Positions 27,698 through 37,078 of a DNA stretch of 64,000 nucleotides are shown here, piece after piece (the stretch's first letter is position 1; every line of letters starts with the position of its first letter). Below the pieces are notes generated by a model. That model had not been told where the DNA came from and made no database searches. It was given only the letters and a program-made list of their open reading frames with translations. Origin of the DNA: an uncultured Poribacteria bacterium (GTDB taxonomy: Bacteria > Poribacteria > WGA-4E > WGA-3G); the NCBI GenBank assembly GCA_958296135.2, contig CATQHZ020000001.1, positions 3,040,001-3,104,000 of the forward strand, read 5' to 3'. The translations under genes and the position numbers were made by a program.

Positions 27698-29044
27698 ATG
27701 AAAAGCATTGCGTTTTTAACCCTCTGTGTCTGCGCTTTAGCGGCGATTGCGGCGGGCGCATCACAGCCGGGCGATTATGAGAAAAATTGGCATCAGTGGC
27801 GTGGGCCGCATGCGACTGGGGCTGCTGCCAGCGACGCGAATCCCCCGCTGACTTGGAGCGAAACCGAGAATGTCCGTTGGAAAGTGGCTATCCCCGGCAT
27901 GGGGCATGCCACGCCGATTGTGTGGGAAGATAAAATCTTCGTCCAAACCGCTATCCAAGGCGTGGTGCAGAAAGCGGAGGAAACCGATGATGGCAATCCG
28001 TTTAGTGGTTTTTTCCAGCGAAGGGACGGAGGTCCTACTAATACGTATAAGTTCTCCCTGCTTGCTATCAACCGAAGCGATGGCAGTATCTTGTGGCAGA
28101 AAACATTGCGCGAGGAAGTCCCACATGAAGGCATGCACCAAGATGCCAGTTTCGCCTCCAATTCGCCGGTTACCGACGGTGAATATATCTACGCCTATTT
28201 CGGCTCGCGCGGGCTTTACTGCGTGGATATAGATGGCAACGTCAAGTGGGAGAAGGACATCGGCACGATGCGTAAATCAAACGCCTTCGGCGAAGGCAGC
28301 TGCCCCGCGCTCTATGGGAATACCCTCGTTATCGTTCAAGACCACGAGGGCCCCACGCCTTCCTTCATCATCGCGCTGGATAAGCGGAGCGGCGACGTGC
28401 TGTGGAAAACCGAGCGAGATGAACGCACCACGTGGACATCGCCTATCGTTGTTGAGCAGGACGGGAAACCGCAGGTGATTGTTCCCGGAACGAACCGTAC
28501 CCGGAGTTATGATTTGGCAACCGGCAAACTTTTATGGGAATGTAGTGGGTTAACCAGAAACGTTATTCCTGCGCCCGTTGCCGATGATGGGTTAGTCTAT
28601 GTCACCAGCGGCTTCCGCGGGAACGCCCTGCAGGCGATTCAATTAGCTGCAGCCAAGGACGATATTACCGATTCCGATGCTATTGTGTGGCAGCACGACA
28701 GGGATACACCTTATGTGCCATCGCCGCTCCTCTATAAGGACGCGCTCTATTTCTTAAAACGCAACGATGGCATCCTCTCTGCCTTCAATATCAAAACCGG
28801 GGAGGCAAACTATGGTCCTGAGCGGTTACAAGGCATTGGTAATGTCTACTCTTCGATCGTCGGTGCGGCGGGGCGCGTCTATATCGCCAGCCGAAACGGC
28901 ACGGTGCTTGTCATCAAACACTCGCCAACCTTCGAGGTCTTGGCGACGAACAAACTAGCCGATAGTTTCAATGCTTCGCCGGTGATTGTCGGTTCGGAGT
29001 TATATCTGCGCGGGATGGAGTATCTCTACTGTATCGCGGAGTAG
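27698..29044 (+). CDS. Secreted PQQ-like beta-propeller protein
   Basis: Signal peptide; NWHQWRGP, WSETENVRWK, ASNSPVTDG, FNASPVI..LYLRG. Confidence 0.88.
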   Translation: MKSIAFLTLCVCALAAIAAGASQPGDYEKNWHQWRGPHATGAAASDANPPLTWSETENVRWKVAIPGMGHATPIVWEDKIFVQTAIQGVVQKAEETDDGNPFSGFFQRRDGGPTNTYKFSLLAINRSDGSILWQKTLREEVPHEGMHQDASFASNSPVTDGEYIYAYFGSRGLYCVDIDGNVKWEKDIGTMRKSNAFGEGSCPALYGNTLVIVQDHEGPTPSFIIALDKRSGDVLWKTERDERTTWTSPIVVEQDGKPQVIVPGTNRTRSYDLATGKLLWECSGLTRNVIPAPVADDGLVYVTSGFRGNALQAIQLAAAKDDITDSDAIVWQHDRDTPYVPSPLLYKDALYFLKRNDGILSAFNIKTGEANYGPERLQGIGNVYSSIVGAAGRVYIASRNGTVLVIKHSPTFEVLATNKLADSFNASPVIVGSELYLRGMEYLYCIAE

Positions 29045-29132
29045 TTTAATTTGACTTTTGGTTCTGCATGTGGTAAACTTAACCTATCGTTGTTTTGTTT
29101 CCACATGCAGATACCCGAAGGAGGTTATTGAA

Positions 29133-29348
29133 ATGAAACTGACACCAGATAATAAGGAACGCCTTGAAGAGATTCAGGAGTTCTATCGCACTATGGAGCG
29201 GGAGTCTGAGCCGTACCGCGAGTATTTCGCGGCTCTGGCAACTTTGCCCCCAGAACCGCCTCCGCCTGTAACTTTCATCGAAATTGGGAACACATCGGTT
29301 CCACGTGGCGGATCTGAGGATGCCAGACTCCAGTTAACTCCTACATGA
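29133..29348 (+). CDS. Small hypothetical protein
   Basis: AAGGAGG RBS before ATG; TTGACT-17 nt-TAAACT promoter at about 29051-29079. Confidence 0.55.
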   Translation: MKLTPDNKERLEEIQEFYRTMERESEPYREYFAALATLPPEPPPPVTFIEIGNTSVPRGGSEDARLQLTPT

Positions 29349-29436
29349 AATTAATGCCGCATACCGTAGAGTGAGGGGATGGTTTAAAAGGATATTGACG
29401 TGCATCGCCGTGAAACGCCGCCTTACAAAAGGTATA

Positions 29437-29549
29437 AAGGAATTTCTCGTACGTCTCGGCAAGGCGAGGGACAGGCCCTCGCCCTACGGGCCAAGGAATT
29501 TCTCGTACGTCTCGGCAAGGCGAGGGACAGGCCCTCGCCCTACGGGCCA
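29437..29549. repeat. 56-bp tandem duplication containing a REP-like palindrome
   Basis: AAGGAATTTCTCGTACGTCTCGGCAAGGCGAGGGACAGGCCCTCGCCCTACGGGCC x2. Confidence 0.9.
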
Positions 29550-29558
29550 GGGGATAGC

Positions 29559-30308
29559 TTAATACGTCGCCCTGCCCCCACTCACATCGTAACACTGCCC
29601 CGTAACAAAACTCGCCTCATCCGAAGCGAGGAAATTGACGACAGCGGCGACTTCCTCCGGTTGCCCAACGCGTCCCAACGGAATTTTGCTCACCATATAG
29701 TCAACGGTTGACTGCGCCATGCCCGCCAAAATCGGTGTCTCAATTACGGCGGGTGACACGGCGTTGACGCGGATGTTATAGTCTGTCACCTCCTTCGCCA
29801 GTGCCTTCGTCAGACAGATGACCCCGGCCTTGGAGACCGAATACGGGATGAGTGTCGGATTGCCTTCCTTACCGGCAATGGAGGCGATATTCACGATGCG
29901 GCCGTAGTCTTGTGTAATCATCGTCTCGATAACCGCCTTACAGCAGAGGAAAACGCCGGTGAGATTGACACCCATCACGGCGTTCCATTCCGCCTCCTCT
30001 AACTCCGTCAAGGGCACCGTTTGCCCGGCAATCCCGGCGTTATTCACGAGAATGTCGATGCGGCCGAAGGCTGTCAGTACCTGCGCGACAGCGGCGTTCA
30101 CTTCTGCTGCTTGCGAGACATCCGCTTGAAGAGGGAGTGCCTTGCGTCCAACACCTTCAATTTTCTGTGCTGTTGCTTCGGCTGCCGATAGGTTGATGTC
30201 CATGATGGCGACATCGGCACCGGCGTTCGCTAGCCTGAGCGCGATGGCTTTGCCGATGCCTTGGCCTGCGCCTGTCACAATCGCGATTCTATCGTTCAAT
30301 GTCATCAC
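29559..30308 (-). CDS. Short-chain dehydrogenase/reductase (FabG-like)
   Basis: TGAGQGIG, NNAG, YSVSK (YxxxK), FVTGQ. Confidence 0.93.
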   Translation of the reverse strand: MMTLNDRIAIVTGAGQGIGKAIALRLANAGADVAIMDINLSAAEATAQKIEGVGRKALPLQADVSQAAEVNAAVAQVLTAFGRIDILVNNAGIAGQTVPLTELEEAEWNAVMGVNLTGVFLCCKAVIETMITQDYGRIVNIASIAGKEGNPTLIPYSVSKAGVICLTKALAKEVTDYNIRVNAVSPAVIETPILAGMAQSTVDYMVSKIPLGRVGQPEEVAAVVNFLASDEASFVTGQCYDVSGGRATY

Positions 30309-30318
30309 AATGCCTCCT

Positions 30319-31548
30319 TTATTCGCCGATGACTACCCCGTATTCGCCGACGACTGCGCCTTTGTGGCCGCTCTGATAATGCATGTGTCTCTCGCCGATA
30401 ATCGGCTGAGTGCTTTGCACTTCCACCGTGCCGCGTTCATTCCCCATCGCGCCTTCATCTATATCCTCGCAGCAGAGCGGCTTAATCTGACGATGCAACT
30501 GCCGCCGGATATCTCCTTGTTTATTTCGGATGATAATGTTAACGAACGCATCCGCTTCGCCGACGTTGAGGAAGCGGAACCAGTCTCTTGCCCCGGTTGC
30601 GATTTCTGGAAAAAAGAGCCGGAGCCCCACGTGTCCACCTTCTTTCGATGCGCCCGGGAGATCGACAATAGCTGTCCCGCTGCGCATGTGTCGCTCCGCG
30701 ACAATCGGCTGCTCGCTGCTGACTTCTACGGAGCACTTCACCTTAATATCCTCCATATCCGGGTTCCAGCACTTGAAAGGTTCCAAGGGGGAGTGTACTT
30801 TGCTCCAGAACGATTGCGCGTTGTCGTCTTTACGTGCGATCATCTCCACCCGCGCTGGCTCGTTACCGACGTTGACGATGACTACCCAGTCGTCCCACGC
30901 CGGCCCGACTTCGGGAAAGAAGAGGGTGCGCGGTGCCTCCGAAATGACTTGTCCGAATTGCCCGACGCAGGTTTTTCCACCCTGATAGTGCAGGTGCCGT
31001 TCACCGACAATCGGTTGCGAACTTTGCATCTCAACTGTTCCGGTGACGTTCCCCATCACGCCTTCGTTGAGATCCCAGCAGCAGTGCGGCCGGATGACGT
31101 GGTGGCGTTGCCGCAGCACGTCCCCGTTTCTGTTTCGGACGGTGATGTTGACATGTGCGTCCGCCTCGCCGACGTTCAAGACCCGGAACCAATCGTGTGC
31201 GCCCGACACCAATTCGGGAAAGAAGAGCCGCTGCCCGACTGTCTCATATTCCTCTGCTGCGCCGACGAAGTCAATGATGTTCGTGCCCGAGTGCATGTGG
31301 CGTTCGGCGACAATCGGCTGATCTGCGCTAATTTGCATCGATGCATTCTCTTTGATATCCTCAACCGGGGGTGTCCAACACTCAAAAGCACCGATTGTTT
31401 TCTCAGAAATATTGATAGGGTTGCCATTGCGCGCGTGCCGGGCTAGCGCCTTGACGCGCGTCTCCTCTGTCCCGACGTTGACAACTTGGATCCAGTCCTG
31501 CCATTGCGGGCCCACTTCGGGAAAATAGAGGATTGTTGCTCCAGCCAT
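30319..31548 (-). CDS. Hypothetical protein with four ~100-aa internal repeats
   Basis: Four copies of L(Y/F)FPE..DW..vNVG..CW..QPI(V/I)xERH(M/L); AGGAG RBS; no signal peptide. Confidence 0.75.
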   Translation of the reverse strand: MAGATILYFPEVGPQWQDWIQVVNVGTEETRVKALARHARNGNPINISEKTIGAFECWTPPVEDIKENASMQISADQPIVAERHMHSGTNIIDFVGAAEEYETVGQRLFFPELVSGAHDWFRVLNVGEADAHVNITVRNRNGDVLRQRHHVIRPHCCWDLNEGVMGNVTGTVEMQSSQPIVGERHLHYQGGKTCVGQFGQVISEAPRTLFFPEVGPAWDDWVVIVNVGNEPARVEMIARKDDNAQSFWSKVHSPLEPFKCWNPDMEDIKVKCSVEVSSEQPIVAERHMRSGTAIVDLPGASKEGGHVGLRLFFPEIATGARDWFRFLNVGEADAFVNIIIRNKQGDIRRQLHRQIKPLCCEDIDEGAMGNERGTVEVQSTQPIIGERHMHYQSGHKGAVVGEYGVVIGE

Positions 31549-31695
31549 AATTTTCTCCTATAACCAGCCTCTATGAGGCTTTATCGAAATTGGAACTTTT
31601 CAATTTTTTCGGATTGCGCCTACACGTCTATTTTAACTTGCTTTTATATCAATTTTCCACTACAATTTCACCAGAATCCTTAGGAGGAGACAATT

Positions 31696-31983
31696 ATGGC
31701 AGTCAAAAAACTGACAGACGCTGACATTCAGCAGAAACTAGAACAAGTCAACGGATGGACGGTGCAAGATGGGAAATTGCACAAGGAATTCCAGTTTGAC
31801 ACCTTCGTCACGGCATTCGGTTTCATGACGCAGCTCGCCTTAATCGCCGAGTCGATGAATCATCATCCCGAATGGTTCAACGTCTACAATCGCGTTACTA
31901 TCGATTTGATGACGCACGACGCGGGCGGCATTAGCGAATTGGATTTCGAGTGGGCATCGCGCGCCGATGCACTGAGTCACTGA
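31696..31983 (+). CDS. phhB: Pterin-4-alpha-carbinolamine dehydratase
   Basis: [28 protein letters not shown]. Confidence 0.93.
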   Translation: MAVKKLTDADIQQKLEQVNGWTVQDGKLHKEFQFDTFVTAFGFMTQLALIAESMNHHPEWFNVYNRVTIDLMTHDAGGISELDFEWASRADALSH

Positions 31984-32172
31984 ACGATTTTCCGGTAGGC
32001 GCGCTTTGATGAAGTTTCAGTCTGAAATCGGGCAATGTTGCTGGGCGGCCCGCAGCGTCTCTGCGGCTATTGCGCTCAACTGTAAGGGCTTATTTTTAGA
32101 TTCGCCCGCCGGTTAAAATGAACCGATTCATTTCTGACGCGCCCGTTAATCAACGATAGGGAGACGAATTTC

Positions 32173-33243
32173 ATGAGTCAAAAAACGTATCGTGCCGCGG
32201 CGATCGGGCATACCGGTGCCGGCAACTTCGGGCACGGCTTACATATCGCCTATAACAACTTGGACAACGTTGAATTTATCGCCGTAGCAGACCCGGATGA
32301 AGCCGGCCGCGAAAAGGCGATGGCGGATACGGGTGCCGTGCGCGGCTACGCCGATTACCGCGACATGTTGGATAAGGAGACATTGGACATCGTCAGCGTC
32401 TGTCCGCGTTGGGTGCCGGAGCATCTCGCTATGGTGACCGGCTGCTTGGAAGCGGGATGCAACGTCTACTGCGAAAAGCCGATGACGATGTCCCTCGCCG
32501 ATGGCGACAAAATTGTGGAGACAGCGAACGCGCGCGGCCTAAAAGTCGCCGTGGCGCATCAGGCAGTTTATCTCCCCGCGACGCACGCAATCAAGCGGAT
32601 GCTTGACGATGGCAAGATTGGCACCGTGCAGGCCATCTACGCCAGCGGCAAACAGGACCATCGTGGCGGCGGCGAGGACATGATTACCCTCGGAACGCAC
32701 ACGTTCAATATGATGCGGTTTTTCGTCGGCGATGTCGCGTGGATGCAATCCCACGTGACAATCAACGGCAAGGAGGTTGCGCACGGCGACGCGCATGAAC
32801 CCACCGAGCCTGTCGGACCTGTCGCAGGCGACTGTGTTAACAGTTATTTCGCCTTCAAGAACGGCGTTTCCGGCTTCTTTTCGTCAAGACGTGCTCAGAG
32901 GGGCACCGGGCGTTACGGAATGGAGATTGTCGGTAGCGAGGGCATCTTATCCCTCCGCGGCGATGTTGCCAACCGACTCATGGTTTATCCGTATCCGGTC
33001 TTGTTGCCCTCCAATCCTGCGCAAGAGTGGGAGGCGATGGATCTGGACGACACGCCGTTCTCGCAAGGCAACGAGCTCGCTATCCGTGATCTGGTTGATG
33101 CGATAGAGAACGATCGGAAGCCTATCTCTGCCGCCGAGGATGCTGTCGCCGCGTTGGAGATGATTCTGGGGGCATACCAATCGCAACTCACGGGGCAGCG
33201 CGTCCCCTTCCCGATTGCAAACCGCGAGCATCCGTTCAGTTGA
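32173..33243 (+). CDS. Gfo/Idh/MocA family oxidoreductase
   Basis: IAVADPD, YADYRDML, VYCEKPM, GTH. Confidence 0.9.
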   Translation: MSQKTYRAAAIGHTGAGNFGHGLHIAYNNLDNVEFIAVADPDEAGREKAMADTGAVRGYADYRDMLDKETLDIVSVCPRWVPEHLAMVTGCLEAGCNVYCEKPMTMSLADGDKIVETANARGLKVAVAHQAVYLPATHAIKRMLDDGKIGTVQAIYASGKQDHRGGGEDMITLGTHTFNMMRFFVGDVAWMQSHVTINGKEVAHGDAHEPTEPVGPVAGDCVNSYFAFKNGVSGFFSSRRAQRGTGRYGMEIVGSEGILSLRGDVANRLMVYPYPVLLPSNPAQEWEAMDLDDTPFSQGNELAIRDLVDAIENDRKPISAAEDAVAALEMILGAYQSQLTGQRVPFPIANREHPFS

Positions 33244-33266
33244 TAAGACCGCAACCGTCCACGGCC

Positions 33267-33388
33267 TGTAGCGCGAGGGACAGGCGATCGCGAATCGCCG
33301 GGCCCTCGCCCTACGGCGGAAGGCCCTACCGTCACGGCATGGCGAGGGAAACCCTCGGCGATTCGCGATCGCCGGGCCCTCGCCCTAC
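33267..33388. repeat. REP cluster between convergent genes
   Basis: GTAGCGCGAGGGACAGG.., GGGCCCTCGCCCTAC, GGCGAGGGAAACCCTCGGCGATTCGCGATCGCCGGGCCCTCGCCCTAC; related units at about 36990-37037 and 63530-63646. Confidence 0.85.
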
Positions 33389-34104
33389 GGGATGAGGCGC
33401 GATTTCCGAACACCGTTTTCATACCGCACTTCGTAGGGGCCCTCTGGCACATCCATCGCTCGGATAGCCAGTTCGCCGAACGTGATGAGCTGCTCCGAAA
33501 GCAGGAGCAGCTCATCCAGCGATTCCTGCGGAGTCTTGTCTGTCGTGTCCAAAATGATCTTGCGTCCTTTTTGGGCAAACAGCGATTTGTCAATTTCCTC
33601 GTCAAACAGGCGTTTGAGTTTCGGGATATCCGCTGCCCTGATAATCTGATACTCGTGCGGGTTGGTTTCCATCCGTTCCCGAATCGCCGCATCGCTGGCG
33701 GTGACATGGATCAACACCACATCCGGCAGCCGCGCTTCAATGACTTGGGTTTCGTAGCCTCGCTGCGCGTTATAGTGGTAGTTTCCGTAATAGGGGCTCT
33801 CCGGCTCATCGCCGTAGAGGGAGGTGTAGACAGCCTCCTCAATGTGCCATCCTGCGATGAGCGTGTTCGGATAGTTCTTGATTACCTCAACGTGATATTG
33901 GAGTTGCATCCGTTGCATCCGTTCCTTCACGTCGGCGGGGAAATCCACGTATGCGGCTCTAGATGCCGGGCTGAGCGTTGCATCGGGAATGGTAAAATGG
34001 TCATCGACGTGCACCGCCAGTTGCCGGTGGCGGTAATAGTCTGTCAACAGGTCGATCAGCGTCGATTTTCCTGCGTATTCTATGCCGACAAAAATGCATC
34101 TCAT
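33385..34104 (-). CDS. P-loop nucleotide kinase-like protein
   Basis: N-terminal Walker A GIEYAGKST; lid-like IRERM; LDTTDKTPQES. Confidence 0.7.
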   Translation of the reverse strand: MRCIFVGIEYAGKSTLIDLLTDYYRHRQLAVHVDDHFTIPDATLSPASRAAYVDFPADVKERMQRMQLQYHVEVIKNYPNTLIAGWHIEEAVYTSLYGDEPESPYYGNYHYNAQRGYETQVIEARLPDVVLIHVTASDAAIRERMETNPHEYQIIRAADIPKLKRLFDEEIDKSLFAQKGRKIILDTTDKTPQESLDELLLLSEQLITFGELAIRAMDVPEGPYEVRYENGVRKSRLIP

Positions 34105-34353
34105 GAGAAGTTACCTCGTTTGATGGATTTGTTGTTACACTATTTAGCATGAAGTGGGGAAATTGTCAAGTAGTGGGTTTCTGTATTCAGGAGCATTTAG
34201 TTTTCAGTTTGCGATGTCACTCGTGAAAATCAACAACGGCCCCCTGCCTTGTAGGTGGAGATTCGCCGGCTCTTGACCTGTTTGCGCTCCGGCGCGCTCA
34301 TCGCAACCTGCAGATATGGGACAACTGAATGTCTCTAGCTGTTTATTTGGGGC

Positions 34354-34382
34354 TTGACAATTGCCCCGTTATAGGGTATAAT
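34354..34382 (+). promoter_or_regulatory. Consensus sigma70 promoter of the decayed TA locus
   Basis: Perfect TTGACA-17 nt-TATAAT. Confidence 0.8.
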
Positions 34383-34391
34383 AACTTGAAT

Positions 34392-34520
34392 CTAAAGAAG
34401 GTTAGAGAGCCTTGGTTTGCGCAAATCAATATGGACTATCGGGCGTTGGCCCGTGAAGAGGCGGGAACTTTCGTCTGGCCTTGGCTCGGCATGTGAGGCG
34501 GATCCGACAACCGATTTAAG
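34392..34520 (+). pseudogene. C-terminal remnant of a RelE/ParE-like toxin
   Basis: Translates LKKVREPWFAQINMDYRALAREEAGTFVWPWLGM*, resembling the KKV..WS.RV...YRAL.......WFWIG.H toxin motif; no start codon, premature stop. Confidence 0.55.
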
Positions 34521-34534
34521 ACACGGAGGCACAC

Positions 34535-34846
34535 GTGAAATACGTTCATACGATTGAGTATCTGGATTTCCTTGAAACCTATACTGCCCACATCCAAAAA
34601 AACGGCGAGGGTTGGCTCGGGTGGATACAGGAAGTCCCCGAAGTGAAATCGCAGGACAGCACGCACGAAGCGGTGCTGAAATCTCTCAAGATTGAACTCC
34701 ATGAATTCTTAGAGGCGGACTGGGAGGCATGGACGCAGCAATTTGAGGAAGACGTGAAAGCCGGCAGGCTGGATAACCTTTTCGATAAGGCTCTGGAGGA
34801 TTTACGCGCCGGGAGGTGCACCGAGCTGGCCGTTACACAAGCATAG
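34535..34846 (+). CDS. Antitoxin-like protein: HicB-like N-terminus fused to a W..QFEEDVKAGRLD antitoxin domain
   Basis: YTAHIQKNGEGWLGWIQEVPEV (HicB RNase H-like fold) plus WTQQFEEDVKAGRLDNLFDKALEDLRAGRCTEL; GGAGG RBS, GTG start. Confidence 0.7.
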   Translation: MKYVHTIEYLDFLETYTAHIQKNGEGWLGWIQEVPEVKSQDSTHEAVLKSLKIELHEFLEADWEAWTQQFEEDVKAGRLDNLFDKALEDLRAGRCTELAVTQA

Positions 34847-34988
34847 ACGCGCATCAGAAACTTTTGGAAAAGTGATATGGAACATATCCTTTGGAATTGG
34901 GTTGGTAAACCTGGCGAATACATGAGGCGAATCTGATAGCCGAAATCTTGTAGCTGTTGCCCGTTTCATAATCAGGAAATTCACTATC

Positions 34989-35975
34989 ATGCTAACAATT
35001 GGTGCCCTCCACATCCCCGATTTCCCGTTGTTGCTGGCCCCGATGGAAGATGTCAGCGACCCGCCGTTTCGCGCCGTTTGCAAAGAGAACGGCGCGGATT
35101 TGATGTATACCGAATTCATCTCCGCCGAGGCACTCATCCGTTCTGCCGCGCGGAGTATGGCGAAGCTTGACATCTTTGAGATGGAGAGACCTGTCGGCAT
35201 CCAGATCTTCGGGCACGATATCGCGTCCATGCGCGCATCCGTGGAAATCACCGAACGCGTCCAACCCGATATCCTTGACATTAACTACGGCTGCCCTGTG
35301 AAAAAGGTGACGTGTAAAGGTGCCGGCGCGGGCATTCTTCAGGATATCCCCAAGATGGTGAAGATGACTGCCGAGATAGTGAAAGCGACTTCGCTGCCTG
35401 TCACCGTCAAAACGCGGCTCGGTTGGGATGAAAATACGAAGTATATCGTTGAAGTGGCGGAACGGTTGCAGGATGTGGGCATCCGCGCCATCGCAATTCA
35501 CGGCCGGACGCGAAAGCAGATGTATAAAGGCACGGCGGATTGGACGCTCATCGGCAAGATTAAGGATAACCCGCGCATCACAATCCCGGTTTTTGGGAAC
35601 GGCGATGTGGATAGTCCGCAAAAAGCGGCGGAAATGCGGCAAAAATATGGCGTTGATGGCATCATGATCGGACGCGCTGCGATAGGATACCCGTGGATTT
35701 TCAGCGAGATCAAACACTATTTCGCCACGGGTGAACTGCTCCCGCTGCCCTCCATCGACGAACGCATTGCGGTGTTTCGGAAGCACCTCGATTTTTCGGT
35801 TGAGTGGAAAGGCTTAAAACTGGGGCTTATTGAGATGCGCCGTCACTACGGGAACTATTTCAAGGGTATCCCGCACGTGAAGCCGTTTCGCACCCGCTTG
35901 GTTCAGGCGGATAGTTACGATGACGTTATGGCGATTGTGGAAGAACTCCGCGCGCATGCAAAGTTATGCCTGTAA
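34989..35975 (+). CDS. dusB: tRNA-dihydrouridine synthase B
   Basis: LAPMEDVSD, DINYGCPVKKV, PVTVKTRLGWD, HGRTR, GNGDV, IMIGRA. Confidence 0.92.
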   Translation: MLTIGALHIPDFPLLLAPMEDVSDPPFRAVCKENGADLMYTEFISAEALIRSAARSMAKLDIFEMERPVGIQIFGHDIASMRASVEITERVQPDILDINYGCPVKKVTCKGAGAGILQDIPKMVKMTAEIVKATSLPVTVKTRLGWDENTKYIVEVAERLQDVGIRAIAIHGRTRKQMYKGTADWTLIGKIKDNPRITIPVFGNGDVDSPQKAAEMRQKYGVDGIMIGRAAIGYPWIFSEIKHYFATGELLPLPSIDERIAVFRKHLDFSVEWKGLKLGLIEMRRHYGNYFKGIPHVKPFRTRLVQADSYDDVMAIVEELRAHAKLCL

Positions 35976-36098
35976 TGCCAGATTTCTATATCTGTCCGTT
36001 CTCTCAGCGAGAAAAACTGCTTGACAGAAAATACAACTCCTTTTATCATATAAAAAAACGATATGAGGAGGAGTCGCGATCGGGAGATCGCTCCTACA

Positions 36099-36965
36099 AT
36101 GGATAAAATACCCTTTATGAAACTCAGCGGTGCGGGGAACGATTTTGTAATTATCAACAATCTGGAGAATATCGTTGATAGCACCGACACAACCTTCGTG
36201 AAAAAGGTGTGCGAACGCCGGATGTCGGTTGGGGCTGACGGTGTGTTGCTCGTTGAAAAGGCGGACGGGATGGGTCCCGGGAGGGCTCGCCTACCCGCAG
36301 AGGGGGAAGGTGTCGATTTTCGGATGCGCTACTTCAATGCCGATGGCGGCGAAGTGGAGACGTGCGGCAACGGGGCGCGGTGCATCTCTAAATTCGCTTA
36401 TCTGAACGGCATTGTCCCGGAGCAGATGCGCTTTCTGACGAACGCCGGCATCTATGAATCTGAGATAGTCGGCGATAATGTCAAGGTTCGCATGAGCGAT
36501 CCGACGGACATTCGGCTCAACGTTCCGCTTCGCTTGACAGACAGGGTGCATACCATCGGCTTTGCGAACAGCGGCGTGCCGCACGTCGTCTTTTTTGTCG
36601 ACGACTTGGAAGGCACAGATGTCTTCGACCTGGGGCAACAGACCCGCTACCACACCGATTTCACGCCTGCTGGCACCAATGCCAACTTCATCCGCATTCA
36701 GTCATCGGAACGGTTGGATATTCGGACGTATGAACGCGGCGTTGAAGATGAGACACTCGCCTGTGGCACCGGTTCGATTGCCTCTGCCATCGTTTCTGCT
36801 GCATTGGGGAAGGTTACGTCGCCGGTTTCTGTCAAGACAGCGAGCGGCGTTGTGCTGAAAATCCATTTTGATATGTCAGATGGTGAGCCGAAAAACGTCT
36901 ATCTGGAGGGCGATGCTCGGGTTATCTACGCGGGCGAATTGACAACCGATGCGTGGAATTATTAA
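36099..36965 (+). CDS. dapF: Diaminopimelate epimerase (with short REP-derived insertion)
   Basis: KLSGAGNDF, GADG, NADGGEVETCGNGARC, GVPH, TYERGVEDETLACGTG. Confidence 0.96.
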   Translation: MDKIPFMKLSGAGNDFVIINNLENIVDSTDTTFVKKVCERRMSVGADGVLLVEKADGMGPGRARLPAEGEGVDFRMRYFNADGGEVETCGNGARCISKFAYLNGIVPEQMRFLTNAGIYESEIVGDNVKVRMSDPTDIRLNVPLRLTDRVHTIGFANSGVPHVVFFVDDLEGTDVFDLGQQTRYHTDFTPAGTNANFIRIQSSERLDIRTYERGVEDETLACGTGSIASAIVSAALGKVTSPVSVKTASGVVLKIHFDMSDGEPKNVYLEGDARVIYAGELTTDAWNY

Positions 36966-37078
36966 TCGGTGTTTGGGAAATCGGGGCATGGCGAGGGACA
37001 CCCTCGGCGATTCGCGGTCGCCGGGCCCGCGCCCTACGTTTCGGTAGGCGCGCTTTGGATGCGCGCGAGGAGAATTTT

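Noticed and set aside
30142-31446. 434-aa plus-strand ORF, and similar long antisense ORFs (2722-3558, 37319-38080, 51578-52414)
   Set aside because: Shadow frames of well-supported genes in GC-rich DNA; no motifs or RBS.
36953-37078. N-terminal extensions of dapA, dapF, the M16 peptidase and array copies given by the ORF track
   Set aside because: They translate REPs or upstream gene ends; downstream starts fit the family N-termini and mostly have better RBSs.
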